This document shows, piece after piece, positions 1 through 14,101 of a stretch of DNA of 64,000 nt. The notes under the pieces were generated by a model. That model made no database searches. It was not told the DNA's origin and worked only from the letters and a program-made list of their open reading frames with translations. A program made the position numbers and the translations under genes. Source of the DNA: Eledone cirrhosa (Eukaryota); the NCBI GenBank assembly GCA_964016885.1, contig OZ024741.1:38502001-38566000 (forward strand). The letters are read 5' to 3'. How positions within the stretch are numbered: position 1 is the stretch's first letter; each line of letters starts with the position of its first letter.

Positions 1-383
1 CTAACTCAAATATCTGGCTAATCTTGTCACATATATTGCAGTGCTGTCTGAGAACTACATTAATGCTACCTTGTCTACAGAACATTCAATCGCTTAACAC
101 GTTAAGTTGATCGAACTGCATGCTCATCATCGAAACCAACGATAAATCCATCAAATGAGTGCATGCATGTACGTGTGTATATAAGTGCGTGCCTTTGTGT
201 GAATGTGTACATGTACGTGTGTATATAAGTGCGTGCCTTTGTGTGTGTGTGCGTGTGTGTGTGTGTGTGTGTGTGGTGCTGGTTTTTTGTTAGACAGTTT
301 TGTATTTCTCAATTCTAGTTATTTGCTTTATCTTTTATTTCTCTCAGTTGGCACATATATTAATATATATGTTCTTATATTTA

Positions 384-1262
384 CCGTATATGCTCGTATA
401 TAAGCCGAAAATTATGTGATAAAAATCGATGGTAAACGGGGTCGACTTATTTTCGAGGTCAATATTTTGACGATTTTCACCAACTTCAAAATTCTACGTA
501 AATGAAGTGCAGAAATATTTTCGCTTTGACGGTGAATATTACACAGGTTTCATTTTCGACATGAATATGGCCTTCAAAACGATTAAAAATTGTAAAAAAA
601 TCATTACGTAATGGAGTTGTGAAACAAAAACTATACTCTAAACGGCACCCTCCGAGGAAACGCCTTCTCCATTCTGTCCGTCGGGGCTGTGGGGAGTCCA
701 GCACGTGGAACCCCATTTGCTTACCATACAGAGAGATGGGGAGGGAGATAGAGATGGAGGCGATGACAATGGGAGTTCGGCTCTTCCACGTTCGGACCAT
801 ATCCTTGTGGTTGTGTTCATTAAGCAGTTAATCAGTCATTAAGCTCCCTTTTGCATCTGTCTGACGGTCACTTAATTTGTCTGTCAGTCAACGACACTTA
901 ACATTTTAAATATCAAAATATTTAAACTTCACGAGAATTTCAAAACCTCACAATCTAGATATAATTGTTTCTACTTTTGGCACAAGACCAGCAATTACCC
1001 AGTGTATTACTGGTACTTTATTTTATCGACCCTGTAAGGATGAAAGGCAAAGTTAACCTCGGCGGGATTTGAACTCAGACCGTAAAGGGACGTAACTCTA
1101 TGCTTCAAAGCATGCTGTCCGACTCTCTATCGATACTGCCAATCCACCGCCTAATCTAGATATAATGTGTTAATTATCTGCCTCGGCTTATAAATGGGGT
1201 TTAGGTTTTTGCTTATTTTTCACACATGAGATAAGTGTCGTCTTATATTCGAGTATATACAG
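384..1262. mobile_element. Non-autonomous Tc1/mariner-superfamily (Tc2-like) MITE carrying nested insertions
   Basis: Left end TA|CCGTATATGCTCGTATATAAGCCGA matches the reverse complement of the right end TCGTCTTATATTCGAGTATATACAG|TA. TA flanks both sides and there is no transposase. CCGTA termini are typical of Tc2-like elements. Confidence 0.75.
966..1152 (-). mobile_element. tRNA-derived SINE family A, with 14-bp TSD
   Basis: Minus strand has A-box-like TGGCAGTATCG and B-box GAGTTCAAATCC, followed by GCCTTTCATCCTTACAGGGTCGATAAA. Direct repeat AATCTAGATATAAT flanks it at 952-965 and 1153-1166. Confidence 0.85.
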
Positions 1263-1496
1263 TAGATTTCTTTCTCGCAATATTATATATAAGTTGATAT
1301 GATTTATCGTCTTGAAATATTGCTGTTAACTCTGACATAATTCTATGCTTCTCCAACACAACAAAACAAGCAGATGTTGTACACCATTCTATGCTTCAGT
1401 AACTTTTATATAATCTGCTTTTTCACTACTCTCTCAAAATCTCTTCTTATCTATTTATGTTTACACCAACATAAACAGTAGCAACCAAATGAGAAC

Positions 1497-1537
<41 letters not shown>

Positions 1538-1632
1538 TTGGCAGTAGTAGTAGCAGTAGTAGTAGCAGCAGTAGGGGCAGCAGCATCAGCAGTAGTAGGA
1601 GCAGCAGTAGTAGTAGCAGCAGCAGTAACAGC

Positions 1633-1690
<58 letters not shown>

Positions 1691-1788
1691 TTGGCAGTAG
1701 TAGTAGCAGTAGTAGTAGTGGTAGTAGTAGTAGTAGCAGCAGCAGTAGGCGCAGCAGCATCAGCAGTAGTAGGAGCATCAGCAGTAGT

Positions 1789-1884
<96 letters not shown>
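1497..1884. repeat. (AGT)n/(AGC)n trinucleotide microsatellite
   Basis: Seen directly. It explains the poly-S, poly-L and poly-V ORFs. Confidence 0.95.
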
Positions 1885-1885
<1 letters not shown>

Positions 1886-2039
1886 AATAGTTAGACCTAC
1901 GATAGAGAAGGGCAATTACATACTTAAATGAGCCTTTTGTTTTATTTTTCACCGGCCTCACGTTTATTTTCCCATGTCGGTAGGAGTTGACTGAAGGTCG
2001 GAGCTCATTCCAATTTCATGTGGTTTAAAACTACTGAGA

Positions 2040-2350
2040 CAACAAAACCCTCTCTTGCACAGGTCACCAGTCAGTGGCAAGGTTAACCCAAGCTAATGAT
2101 GGTACTAATTTTCAGCAAAGTGAACTGGAACAGCGAGAAATGAAGTGCATGACTCAAAGACGAAATGCACCACACAGTCTTGAATCGGACCGCGATGACC
2201 CCACTCGGTCACGAATCACCATGGTTTCGCACCTAGAAAGTTCCCCTCCGAGGCACAAGCCTGGGCAAGGTTTGTTTTGTGGAAGACCATCGGAGATATG
2301 ACCTTACAATCGTAATACCAACACGATAACTACTTGCTGCGCGCCTTCAA
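2040..2350 (-). mobile_element. Degenerate SINE family B fragments
   Basis: Shares AGAAAGTTCCCCTCCGAGGCACAAGCCTGGGCAAGG...GTGGAAGACCA with 9865-9920. Confidence 0.5.
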
Positions 2351-2920
2351 AAATCATGAGTAAGTGTTTCTAGCGTCGGCATCAAATATTAAACAAGGAA
2401 GTGCTGTCATAGCCACGGGAACAAATATGTTCTAAGTCTTCTGTGTGGGGATAACCCCCTATCTTCATTCCACCAACTTCAGAAGTCATGGGCACTGTCC
2501 TTCCACGTTTCTGACTAAGTCATTACAAACATTAGTGATATGAGTGCAACAATGAATGTTCCAGTTGTTCTATCAACAGAACAGTTTATCCACCAACACA
2601 TGATTCCACACATATATATTTTCGAATGAGGTAGATGATCCACATAGTCGATATTTGGCGTTTCTTGTCGCGTACGGTCCTTCAAGCGATGCAGAAGCTG
2701 CAAATAGGAGCTACGTTTGGTTCGCAGAATAAAAGCATGGAACATCAATTTGTTAAGGGCTTTTCATTAGTCGGCTCTGATTAGGTGACCAGGATCGCAC
2801 GGGGCAAGAAACTCCGAGTTGCAACGGAGTGCGTCATTAGCTCCGACTGAATGAATAATTTATACTGTATATGTATTGATTACATATTCTCCCGTTTGTT
2901 TACGTATATATTAGGTAGGT

Positions 2921-2949
<29 letters not shown>

Positions 2950-2956
<7 letters not shown>

Positions 2957-3218
2957 TAAACGGAATAGAAAATGCTGACAAATTGTTCACAGTTGAAAAA
3001 TGGTTTAATTAGGAATAAAAGAGTATTAGTGATTGTATGGGTTAGTATTCAGTTGTGGTTTTAAGTTTTAAAACCACAACTGAATACTAACCCATACAAT
3101 CACTAATACTCTTTTATTCCTAATTAAACCATTTTTCAACTGTGAACAATTTGTCAGCATTTTCTATTCCGTTTACCAATATATAATAACTTGTGTGTTA
3201 CACCTCTATTCTTTTAAC
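2950..3218. repeat. Near-perfect ~115-bp-arm palindrome plus ~35-bp tail, starting at a (TA)n tract (PLE-type foldback end)
   Basis: 2950-3063 is the reverse complement of ~3068-3183. Same sequence family as the arms and tail at 40545-40660 and 42060-42215. Confidence 0.85.
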
Positions 3219-3333
3219 TATATATATAGGTGTGTGTGTGTGTGTGTGTGTGTATAGTATATTTGGAAATATACTGTCAAATATACTATACACACATTCA
3301 TCTATACATCGGTATTTCAGAGCACCAATACTA

Positions 3334-3540
<207 letters not shown>

Positions 3541-3609
3541 GTCTGGACCTAGCTGTTGAAACGGCAAGATCTCAGCCGTCGGTGTCCTGTCTCTTTATAA
3601 CACATACAC

Positions 3610-3750
<141 letters not shown>

Positions 3751-3863
3751 TATATATTTATATATATATATATATACAAATATATATAAAGTTATATCTG
3801 TACGTATACAGAGTGGGTATATAAATTTTTCATAAATTTGGACTGCTTGTCTCACTTAATATA

Positions 3864-4045
3864 TATATACAATATATTAACAATTGGAAACTATATTTCT
3901 AAAACCATATTGATTTTATTATACATATTTCAAGGGCCACCAATGGTGGCTTTCATCAGCTTTCATCAAACTGTTGAGTGGTTTATATCAGTTATAAACA
4001 TTTTTAAGCTTGTTGAATCCCAACAAATTAAATATAACCTCTGCA
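3864..4045. mobile_element. Short PLE pseudo-LTR fragment with minus-strand hammerhead core (~3913-3960)
   Basis: 3864-3960 matches 12538-12635 and 3971-4045 matches 18008-18082. Minus strand reads CTGATGA-aagccacc-att-ggtggccctt-GAAA-tatgtata. Confidence 0.7.
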
Positions 4046-4052
4046 TACATTT

Positions 4053-5357
4053 GAAAACACAAGTAAAGTAGTTAATTGCCTAGATATAACATTAGACTTA
4101 TCTACGGGTATCTACCAACCTTACCATAAACCCAACCAAAATTTACACTACATACACTCACAATCTAATCACCCTAAATCTATCCTTAAAAACCTAGCAT
4201 ATAATATATCACTTAGAATTTCTAACCTTTCGTCCAACCAATATGTATTTGATAAAAATGCGACCTTTTATAACGAAGCTCTAGCTAGAAGTGGCCACAA
4301 AAATAAATTAGTATATATACCTTCTACCAATAACACTACAAACATACAACCTAATATTACCAACAAACACCAAATGAATCGTACACACCTAAATGCCACT
4401 CACACTATACCCCAAAATACCAACATAAAACCAAATTTCTCTAACTCCTCTAATATACAGTATAGTAACTCTCAAAAAACTACTCATCCTACAACTCTAA
4501 TAAATGTTAATAATAAAACTCCTAAAAAACAAGCTAAAACACCTAGACCAATAAATCTAACTAAAAATGTGTGTGGAGAGGTCATTAACAATAATTCTCC
4601 TAGTAAACATCAGGATGCATCCTATAAAAACAATAAACAACATAGAAACCGTAATAGACGAGTCACTTGGTATAATGCTCCATTTAATTTACAAGTTAAG
4701 GATAATATACCTAAAAAATTCTTTAATATCCTAGAGAAAAACTTCCCGCCAAACCACAAATACCATCAAATCTTAAATAGATCAACAGTTAAATTCTCCT
4801 ACTCAACAACCAAAAACATAAAACAAAATATAAGTGCCTATAATGCATATAAATGTAAAAAAACCATAAGTATACCACCAGTACATCAAACTAGCCATAA
4901 TATCTCCTCAGATACAGGATTCACGAAAAGTTGTAACTGTAGAAATAAGGCAAACTGTCCATTAAAAGGAAATTGCCTTGTTAATAACATAATATATAAA
5001 TGTAAAGTTAACACTAAGGACTCTATTTATTCATATATAGGAGCTACCTCTAACAATTTTAAGGTAAGATTTAATACCCACAAACATAGTTTTTAAAATT
5101 CCGCACTAGCTAATACAACATCTCTAGCTGAAAAAATTAATAGTTATAGAAAGAGGAAAATAGAATATGACCTGACCTGGAGTGTGCTCAAAAGGGCCAC
5201 CCCTTATCAAAATAGTAGAAGTGAATGTAGATTGTGTTCCCAAGAACTTTTCGAAATAATGAAATCTAAGGATATCCTATTAAATAAGCGACAGGAATTA
5301 ATAATATCGTGTAATCATAAACTGAGAAAAACATTTAAATACTATAAACCTAATTAA
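4053..5357 (+). pseudogene. 5'-truncated Penelope-like element ORF (RT thumb, linker, GIY-YIG endonuclease) with one in-frame stop at 5094
   Basis: Frame reads LDITLDL..YHKPN..YIHSQSNHP, VTWYNAPF..FP..HKYHQILNRSTVKFSYS, CNCRNKANCPLKGNCL, IIYKC..YIGATSNNFKVRFNTH, then after TAA continues CRLC..LLNKRQELIISCNH. Confidence 0.88.
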
Positions 5358-5824
5358 TATACACTTCAGAAATTAATATATAAATTAATTTTAATTTAGT
5401 TAACCTATAATTAATATTCTACTACAGATGAATTACAAAATTCTGCTTTAAATATTATAAACCTAATTAATATACACTTTAGAAATTAATATATAAACTA
5501 TTTTTAATTTAGTTAACCCATAATTAATATTCTACTACTGATGAACTACATAATTTGGCTTTCCTTCTTACAAATATCATTTCCTAAAACTGATACCATT
5601 AAGTAAACATATATATTGCTTTAACTTCAGGTTATGACTCTATGTTCCTTGAAACCTATATATATTTACTATTTCCCACTAATAAATTTAACCCCCCCCC
5701 CCAATAATTATATGTATATGTAAGAGTGGATGTGTGTGTATATAAGTGTGTATGTATGTATGTGTGTATGTATGTGAGTGTAAAAAAATATACATATGTA
5801 TATATATATATATATGTGTGTATA

Positions 5825-5876
<52 letters not shown>

Positions 5877-5964
5877 TGTGTGTGTGTATGTATATATACA
5901 TATGTATATGCGTATATATATGTATATATATATATGGGTATATGTTTGTGTGTGTATGTGTATG

Positions 5965-6012
<48 letters not shown>

Positions 6013-6731
6013 TATGTGTGTATGTGTGTGTGTATGTATGTATATATATGTAGGTATATATATGTATATATATATATATATATATATCATTTTTATATTC
6101 TTTTAATCTCCCCTCAACCTTAACAGCATTTTTCAACTACATCTAACTCTTATTTATCATATCTATATGTATTAGTATAATTTTATCAATATAAATATAC
6201 CCATCAATTAAATTAATTTTATATCCTTTTCATAGATGTATTTTTTTCACTAACATCCTTATCTTAAAACTCTGGTCACCTTAGATATTTATATTAGCAT
6301 TACTATTTTATAACAGCAAATGCTTGTATACCTTCTACTGACCACCTGACCTAGTTTCACCCCTAAAATAAGTTTCAATTACTACTATTTTACCATTTGG
6401 CCAATTATTAACTTTCTATTGGTTAATTCTAAACCTCTTACCAAACAGACAGAATATATTTGATCTTTGTTGGTTTTATGGTTTTATTCAATGAACAAAT
6501 AAAATTATTTCTGAGGTCAACATATGACCTACTTCTTCCCTAAAGTAATCCTTCATTCATAATACTCTTTTCCATCCAAAACTGAAATCTACCTTCCTCT
6601 ACCCATAATTTAAGGTTCTTCTAATACTATATCACTATCTTGACCCTCATTATCTCCTGATTGGTCAATTCAAAACCTGTTCCCAAACAGACCTATTGTA
6701 TTGAATCTTTGTTCTTATCAATAAACAAGTA

Positions 6732-6873
6732 TCATTATTTCTGAAGACAGCATATATATGTGTAGGTATGTATATTCCCTCTGATAGTTTGTATAAATAT
6801 TGTACATAGATCTATAGAATATGCATACCAACTCTAACACATATATATCCTAGAAACGATCGTAAAATAATGA
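6732..6873 (+). ncRNA. Type I hammerhead ribozyme in the 3' region of the PLE at 4053
   Basis: Stem I TCATTATTT/AAATAATGA (9 bp perfect), core CTGAAGA at 6741, long stem II (ATATATATGTGT/ACACATATATAT), GAAA, palindromic stem III ACGATCGT, GUA site. Confidence 0.75.
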
Positions 6874-7064
6874 AATTTTTTTTAATATAAGGAACTGTTT
6901 CTTTGTTTATTCATTATTTTTTTAATAATTTATCTTGACTCTGTTCTCCGTTTATTTTTCACCGAAAGTAGTTTTTGAATGCATCTTCTCTTTTCATGAT
7001 ATCCGGATTACATTGAGTTCTTCATACGGATTGGACACTACCGTAAACTTTTAGTAGATTTATC

Positions 7065-7133
<69 letters not shown>

Positions 7134-7373
7134 ATGCACAACTTTCACGGCTGGAGCCGTGAAAGTTCCATGCATGTTGACAACTAAGACATAATAATTA
7201 CTCTAACATATATTTGTGCAAATACATATCATTTTGTTGAATTTATCATTAATGGGTTGATAGAAGAGAAGGAAAATATAATTATCTTATTTCGTTTCAA
7301 AATCTAATTATTAATGATTTCTAATTTAGGCATTAAGCCAACCATTTAAGGGAGATGATAAGAAAACATTATA

Positions 7374-7562
7374 GGCCGTGGATTGGCAGTATCGGTAGAG
7401 GGTCTGACGCCATGCTTTGACTCATAGAGTTACGGCCCTTGCCATTCTGAGTTCAAATCCCGCCCAGGTTAACTTTGCCTTTCATCCTTACGGGGTCGAT
7501 AAAATAAAGTACTAATCATGCACTGGGCAATTGCTGGCCTTGTGCCAAAAGTAGAAACAATT
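7374..7562 (+). mobile_element. tRNA-derived SINE family A
   Basis: GATTGGCAGTATCGGTAGA...GAGTTCAAATCCCGCC...GCCTTTCATCCTTACGGGGTCGATAAA...GTGCCAAAAGTAGAAACAATT. Confidence 0.85.
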
Positions 7563-7569
7563 ATATTAT

Positions 7570-8105
7570 ATTGACTGGTAATTATTTCATCGATACCTGA
7601 AGGATGAAAAGCAATGATGACCTCAGCACTATTCGAACCCAAAACGTAAATAGCTGGAACAAATAATTGTTTCTACTTTTGGCACAAGGCCAGCAATTAT
7701 CCCAGTGTATTACTGGTACTTTATTTTATCGACCCCGTAAGGATGAAAGACGAAGTTAACCTCGGCGGGATTTGAACTCAGACCGTAAAGGGCCGTAACT
7801 CTATGCTACAAAACATGGCATCCGACCCTCTACCGATACTGCCAATAGCTGTAACAAATAATGGTTTCTTATATAGGCACAAGGCCAGTGATTTGGGGGG
7901 AGGAGAAAGTCGATTAAATCGACCCCAGTGCGTGACTGGTACTTTATTTTATCGACCCCTTAAGGATGAATCACAGTTAACCTCGGCGGGATTTGAACTC
8001 AGACCGTAAAGGGCCGTTACTCTATGCTACAAAACATGGCATCCGACCCTCTACCGATACTGCCATACATGTTGTATAGCAACTTCACGATTCTGCCAAT
8101 CCACT
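7570..8105 (-). mobile_element. Cluster of tandem or nested SINE family A copies (about 7667-7846 and 7863-8064, plus an older remnant)
   Basis: Repeated CGGCGGGATTTGAACTCAGACCGTAAAGGGCCG...CCGATACTGCCA. Confidence 0.8.
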
Positions 8106-8196
8106 ACACTATCCAACACCCAATAATTAATAACATTACACTTTCGTAGATGTGTAATTATTACACCATTCTATTATTAGAGATATTGTACAATTA

Positions 8197-8234
<38 letters not shown>

Positions 8235-8932
8235 CCATTATATTAATACTTCCTCAGTTTTAATGATATATTGCCCTCTTTATTTTCTTTGCTTATAAAA
8301 CAAAAATATCAGTTAATTACCCAGTCCTAGAGAATGCAGCGTATAAACTATCCATGAATAATTACTGCTTGTAGTAAATAAATCTTCTTATTAAAAATCC
8401 TTAAACCTATTGTTTATTGTCATGAAATCAAGGCCTTTGTAAAATAAAAGTAAATTTGAATCACCAGGTAGCCGTATAATTGTAGATATTAACGTTTGCT
8501 CTTGTCTAGCAAGTGACAATTAATTGCACTAAAGCGCTTGCGTTAAATCATTGACAATTTTCGATTGAAAATTTTCAATAGAAAAAAAACTGCATTCTTC
8601 GTTATACACTCTTCCTTACCGTAGCCACCATTGTCACCTCCATTAACCCGTATCCCATCAGTTTAACAGTCAGTCCATTCTTCCGTATATCACATACGTG
8701 TGTGTATTTTTCCGCATCTGATTATATAACTATAGAGATCTTTACTTTTCCAGCCTCTCACTGATACCATATTCTTCCGTTAATTATTCTTGTCTCTCTT
8801 TCTGATTTTGCTAGCCACTTTGCTCACTATTCTTCATCTCCCTTCAACAATACTTTTTAAAGCGCGTGACACACAGGTCTAGTCCGGTAGAAGCCATTTT
8901 TGTATTAAACATGATATATATATGTATATATG

Positions 8933-9018
<86 letters not shown>

Positions 9019-9023
<5 letters not shown>

Positions 9024-9350
9024 ATACTTGGGGAGGGTCATATTGTTGTAATAATATTGCCAGAATTAATAACAGAACACACTCACTGTTTGGTTGGTTT
9101 TCGCTTCTGTACTTTTATATCATTTAATTTATTCGGTCCTCAATGTCTACCATTGACTGACCAACGGTAAAAAATACAGATATAATATAGACACAAACAT
9201 TTATATATATATAGTCTAACAAAGTTCTTTCGTTGCACATCTGCAACATCGTCAGTGGTGCTATTATGTTTCCTCCTATTGTATTGTATGTCTACGCCAT
9301 CTTTATTTATTTATTTATTTTTGTCTTCTTCTCTGCGCATGCGTTTGCGT
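9019..9350 (-). mobile_element. Solo 3' pLTR fragment of the PLE family at 27361-29870, with hammerhead-like core
   Basis: Matches 27361-27730. Minus strand reads CTGACGA-tgttgca-gatg-tgcaac-GAAA. Flanked by (TA)n. Confidence 0.75.
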
Positions 9351-9385
9351 GTATACATATATACATATATACATCTCTCTCTCTC

Positions 9386-9425
<40 letters not shown>

Positions 9426-9849
9426 TCAGTTTTGCTTTATTTTTCTTTCAATGACTTCCGTTATTTGACTGCCTTGAAGAGATTTAGTCGATCCTATCGA
9501 TCCCGGTATATAAATATAAATTGTCAAACCTGATATTTATTTTGTCGATGATATTGTATCACTAAGTAAGTCCAAACACACATACATACATACATGCATA
9601 CATACATGCATACATACATACATACATTCATACATGCATAGATGCATACATACATATATACAAACATACAGGTAAAAATATAAAAAAAATGCTAAAGCCA
9701 GAAGAACATGCATACATGCGTCGCATGGTTTCCGCCTACCAAAATAACAACAACAATGACATCAACGATTATGGTTTCTAATTTTAGGGTGAGCAGGGAA
9801 AGTCGATTACGTGGGACCCCAGTTTAAGGATCCCATCGGTCACTACCAA

Positions 9850-10160
9850 CCATGGTTTTGCACATAGAAAGTTTCCCTCCGAGGCCCATGCCTAGACAAA
9901 ATTTGTTTGTGGAAGACCAGCAGTCGCCCATACATACCAGTCTCGTCTCTCCACGCCACCTATGTTGTCCAAGGGAAAGGTAAAGACGGATACAACTTGG
10001 CACCAGTGATGTCGCAACTCATTTCTACAGCTGAGTGAACTGGACTAACCTAAAATAAAGTGTCTTGCTCAAGGACACAACGCATCACCTGGTCACAGAA
10101 TCTAGCTCATAGCACTCACAGCCTCTTAATTGCAAACCCAACGCTCTAACCACTAAGCCA
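9850..10160 (-). mobile_element. tRNA-derived SINE family B (CORE-like central domain)
   Basis: Minus strand GGCTTAGTGGTTAGAGCGTT head and TGTGTCCTTGAGCAAGACACTTTATTT...CAGTTCACTCAGCTGTAGAAATGAG. Homologous to 35163-35330 and 38845-39125. Confidence 0.75.
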
Positions 10161-10737
10161 GTACTTGACTGGTGATTATCGATCTCGGAAGAAGAAAGGG
10201 AAAGTTTACTTCGGTGGGATTTGAAAGCAGAACATAGAGTCCCATAAGGGAATACTGAGATGCATTTCATCTGACACATGACATACTAATGAATCTGCCA
10301 ATCCACCGCCATAGAAACAATAACAACAACGGTAGTAACAACACAAACAACAACTAACCTAACACAACAAAATATAACATCTATAAAGTATTACAAAACA
10401 AATGTTAAGTGTAAAACTCCTGTCCCAGATATTACAGAGTGTGTAATATAATAAATATAATAAACAGAAGAAGGAATGAAAGTTAAGGCAGGGAAAATAA
10501 ATAGATATGTAGAGCGGATCAAGTAATGTAAACAGAGCAGAATGTTTATGAAGAATGAAAAGGAAATTCTATCAACAAGTGAACTGTGTCAAAGAACATT
10601 CAGAAATGGAAATGCCAGCTGCAAAGTAAACCAAAACAATGTTGTTCAGGTGTTTGGGGTAAAACACACAAAAATACCAACAACAAACAAACGAGAAAAC
10701 TGGAGCACAACAAATTTAGGCCGGATACACTATTTGG

Positions 10738-10777
<40 letters not shown>

Positions 10778-10783
10778 ATATAA

Positions 10784-10837
<54 letters not shown>

Positions 10838-10847
10838 ATATATATAT

Positions 10848-11310
10848 ATTACTTGGGGAGGGTCATATTTGTGTAATATTGCCAGAATTAATAACAGAAC
10901 ACACTCACTGTTTGGTTGGTTTTGGCTTCTCGCTTCTGTGTCTTTTATATCGGTAATCTAACTTACTCGGTCCTCAATGTTGCCATTGACTGACCGACGG
11001 TCAAAAATAATACAGATACAATATAGACACAAACACATATATATAGTTTATCATAAATCTTTCGTTGCACATCTGCAACATCGTCAGTGGTGTTATCGTT
11101 TCCTCCTGTTGTATTATATGTCTACGCCATTTTTATTCAGTCTGTCTATATATTTATTTATTTATTTGCTTGTTTGTTTATTTTATTTTGTCTTCTTTGC
11201 GCATGCGTTTGCGTGTGTGTATAGTGTTTTGTTTGCTGTGTGATGGGTGACTAGTGTGTGTTTATGTGCTTGTTGTTATTGTGTTTGTGTATGTATTTAT
11301 TTATTTATTT
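10848..11310 (-). mobile_element. Second solo 3' fragment of the PLE family at 27361-29870
   Basis: Near-identical to 27366-27830, with hammerhead-like core at ~11050-11092. Confidence 0.8.
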
Positions 11311-11388
11311 ATTTATTTATAATAATAATAATAAATAAATAAATAAATAATAATAATAAATAATTCTAATAATAATAATTCTAAAACG

Positions 11389-11477
<89 letters not shown>

Positions 11478-11480
<3 letters not shown>

Positions 11481-12165
11481 CGTTTTAGAATTTGTTTTGC
11501 GAGATTTCTTAACTGAAAAAATGTGTTGAAACAGATATTGTTATACTTTGGGAGGGGTCATGTTGCCAATGAAAACACACGCATCTGTTGATTTTCACTT
11601 CAATTTATTATAAATTTCCGGTGGGTTGGTTGGTTCGATAACCGGATGGTTGTTTATATATTGTCGAAGCTCTTTCGTCACACATTCTGTAACCTCCTCA
11701 GTGACTAGATTTTTACTTTTTGTGTCACTCCTTTGTTCTGTCCTACACCATCTTGTTTTTGTCTGTTGTGTGCTTTGTTTGCGCATGCGTTCCATCCGAG
11801 GGGGGGGGGGTATTTATTCATGTGTTTATTTACTTGTCACTAGTTGGTTGTTTGTTCTATTTGTGTGTGTCTGATTTGTTTTGTTAGCTTGGTTTTTGTG
11901 TCTGTATGTCTTCATTTTATCCTTAATTACTAGTTGTGATGTTGCTATTCCACTCATATTTTCTGTTTAATTTAGGATTGGAGTTCGTTTATATTTGTCG
12001 CCTCTGTGATTTGCCTAAGCATTGCATCTTTTCTGTGTGTGGATATAATTTTTATCTCTATGTTCTCTAATGTGCCCCTATGTTCTATTTTGACATGTTG
12101 GTGGAGTACTGATGAGTTTTTCCCCATCCTGGAGTTCCCATCCTGGAATTCTGTTCAAACACACG
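11478..12165 (-). mobile_element. 3' fragment of a related PLE: GIY-YIG C-terminus plus pLTR with hammerhead (11663-11705)
   Basis: Minus strand 12160-11945 translates as SVLHQHVKIEH..IEIKIISTHRKDAMLRQITEA..LNRKYEWN, paralleling the end of the 27851 ORF. Hammerhead reads CTGAGGA-ggttaca-gaatg-tgtgac-GAAA-gagcttc. Confidence 0.75.
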
Positions 12166-12232
12166 GATACAACAAAACAAAGTCCTCTATCTATCAATCT
12201 ATCTGTGTGTGTCTCTCTCACTCACGCACTAA

Positions 12233-12324
<92 letters not shown>

Positions 12325-12468
12325 TATATTTAGATATTTATGGGAGTGTTATGCTGCCAATAAAAACATACGCACATGTGGGAAGTATGACACTCCCAAA
12401 GTATAACAATATTTCTTTCAAAACACATCTTCAGAAAAGAAATCTTACAAAACAAATTAAAAAACGAA

Positions 12469-12539
<71 letters not shown>

Positions 12540-12577
12540 ATATTAATAAATGGAAACTATATTTATAAAACCATAGT

Positions 12578-12642
12578 TATTTTATTATATATATTTCAAG
12601 GGCGACCAAGGCCATCTTGGTGCGCTTTCATCAGATAAAATA
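12578..12642 (-). ncRNA. Minimal type I hammerhead ribozyme
   Basis: TATTTTAT-CTGATGA-aagcgcaccaag atggc cttggtcgccctt-GAAA-tatatata-ATAAAATA. Confidence 0.75.
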
Positions 12643-13689
12643 CAAAATTTGTTTTATAAATAGTGACATAACAGTGGAAAACAACCATGATGGTTGGAAA
12701 TTCGCTGGATAGTGACAAATTTTATTGAGGGTAATTCAAAGTTCTGTGTGAATATGCAAATGAATGTCCGAAAAATTGAAAAAAAACAACCGTTTATTTA
12801 AATTACGCTGTGGGAAGAAGAGAGGAAAATAAAATAAAATATTAGTATATGTAGAAATAGAGTGAAAAAATAGAGTGAAGAAAGAAGCTTATCCGAGGAT
12901 GAGTTCATATAACGTAAATAAGTCTTATGTTTATGTTACATTTACTAAAAATTATTAGAATTCTATTATAATAAATATTTATTTACTATTATAAGTATAT
13001 AGAAAATTAGATATATAGAAAAAATAAAGATATATTAAAAAATAAAGATATATTAAAATATATTAAGATATATTAAAATATATCAAAATATATTAAAATA
13101 TATTAAAAATAGATTTAAAATAAATATGAAGTAGAAGCATAGGATAAAATATAGATATAAGGATAGATATAAGGATAGATATATGGGTGGATAGATGGGT
13201 ATATCATGTTATAGATCAAAGGTTCTCAACGGGGGGCATATGCACCTCAGGGGGGCGTTTCGAAGCAAAGGGGCGTTAGGGGGGCGTTCGGATCGCGGGG
13301 GGGGGGGGGGCAATGGAAGGCTCTTTACTTTGGTAAGTTTTATAAGCCATATTTGTATGTCTTTGAGACAGCCAGTGTAAATGCATTTGAATGAACTTGC
13401 AGACAGCATAACTATGGTTTGACCGCAGCTGTGAGCAGGTGCGCAGGCGTGTCTAGACATTAACCGGCAATTGAGATCCTAACAATGGAAAAACCCACAG
13501 TCAACTGGATCAAGGACACTTTGAGCGCAGCCAGTTAGAATCTTGTCTTTCCTTCACCGATAACAATGTATTTCATGTCTGAAATTATTGACTCAACCGT
13601 AACGAGTTAACAGTATGTAGATCTATTTTATTCCCTACTGTATAAATAATATTACAAATATAAAAAAGAAAAAAAAAACAGAAGCGGAT

Positions 13690-14100
13690 AGCACATACAT
13701 CTAGGACCACATACGCAGGTAATACACGCATCTAGGACCACATACAAACACATAAGCAGGTAATACACGCATCTAGGACCACATGCAACACATAAGGAGG
13801 TAGCACACACACATATAGGACCACATACAACACACAGGCACGTAATACATACATTTAGGACCACATACAACACATAAGCAGGTAATACAAACATCTAGGA
13901 CCACATACAACACATAATCAGGTAATACAAACATCTAGGACCACATACAACACATAAGGAGGTAATACAAGCAGATAATACATACAGATGTGACCACATG
14001 CAATACATAATGCAATACATAAGCAGGTAATACATACATCTAGGACTACCTACAACACACAGGAAGGTAATACATACATCTAGGACCAAATACAACACAC
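13690..14100. repeat. ~40-bp minisatellite inside the hAT element, about 10 copies
   Basis: Repeated CATCTAGGACCACATACAACACATAAGCAGGTAATACA. Confidence 0.85.
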
Positions 14101-14101
14101 A

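Noticed and set aside
7374-7470. tRNA gene
   Set aside because: A and B boxes are present, but there is no cloverleaf and the sequence continues into a repeated SINE body.
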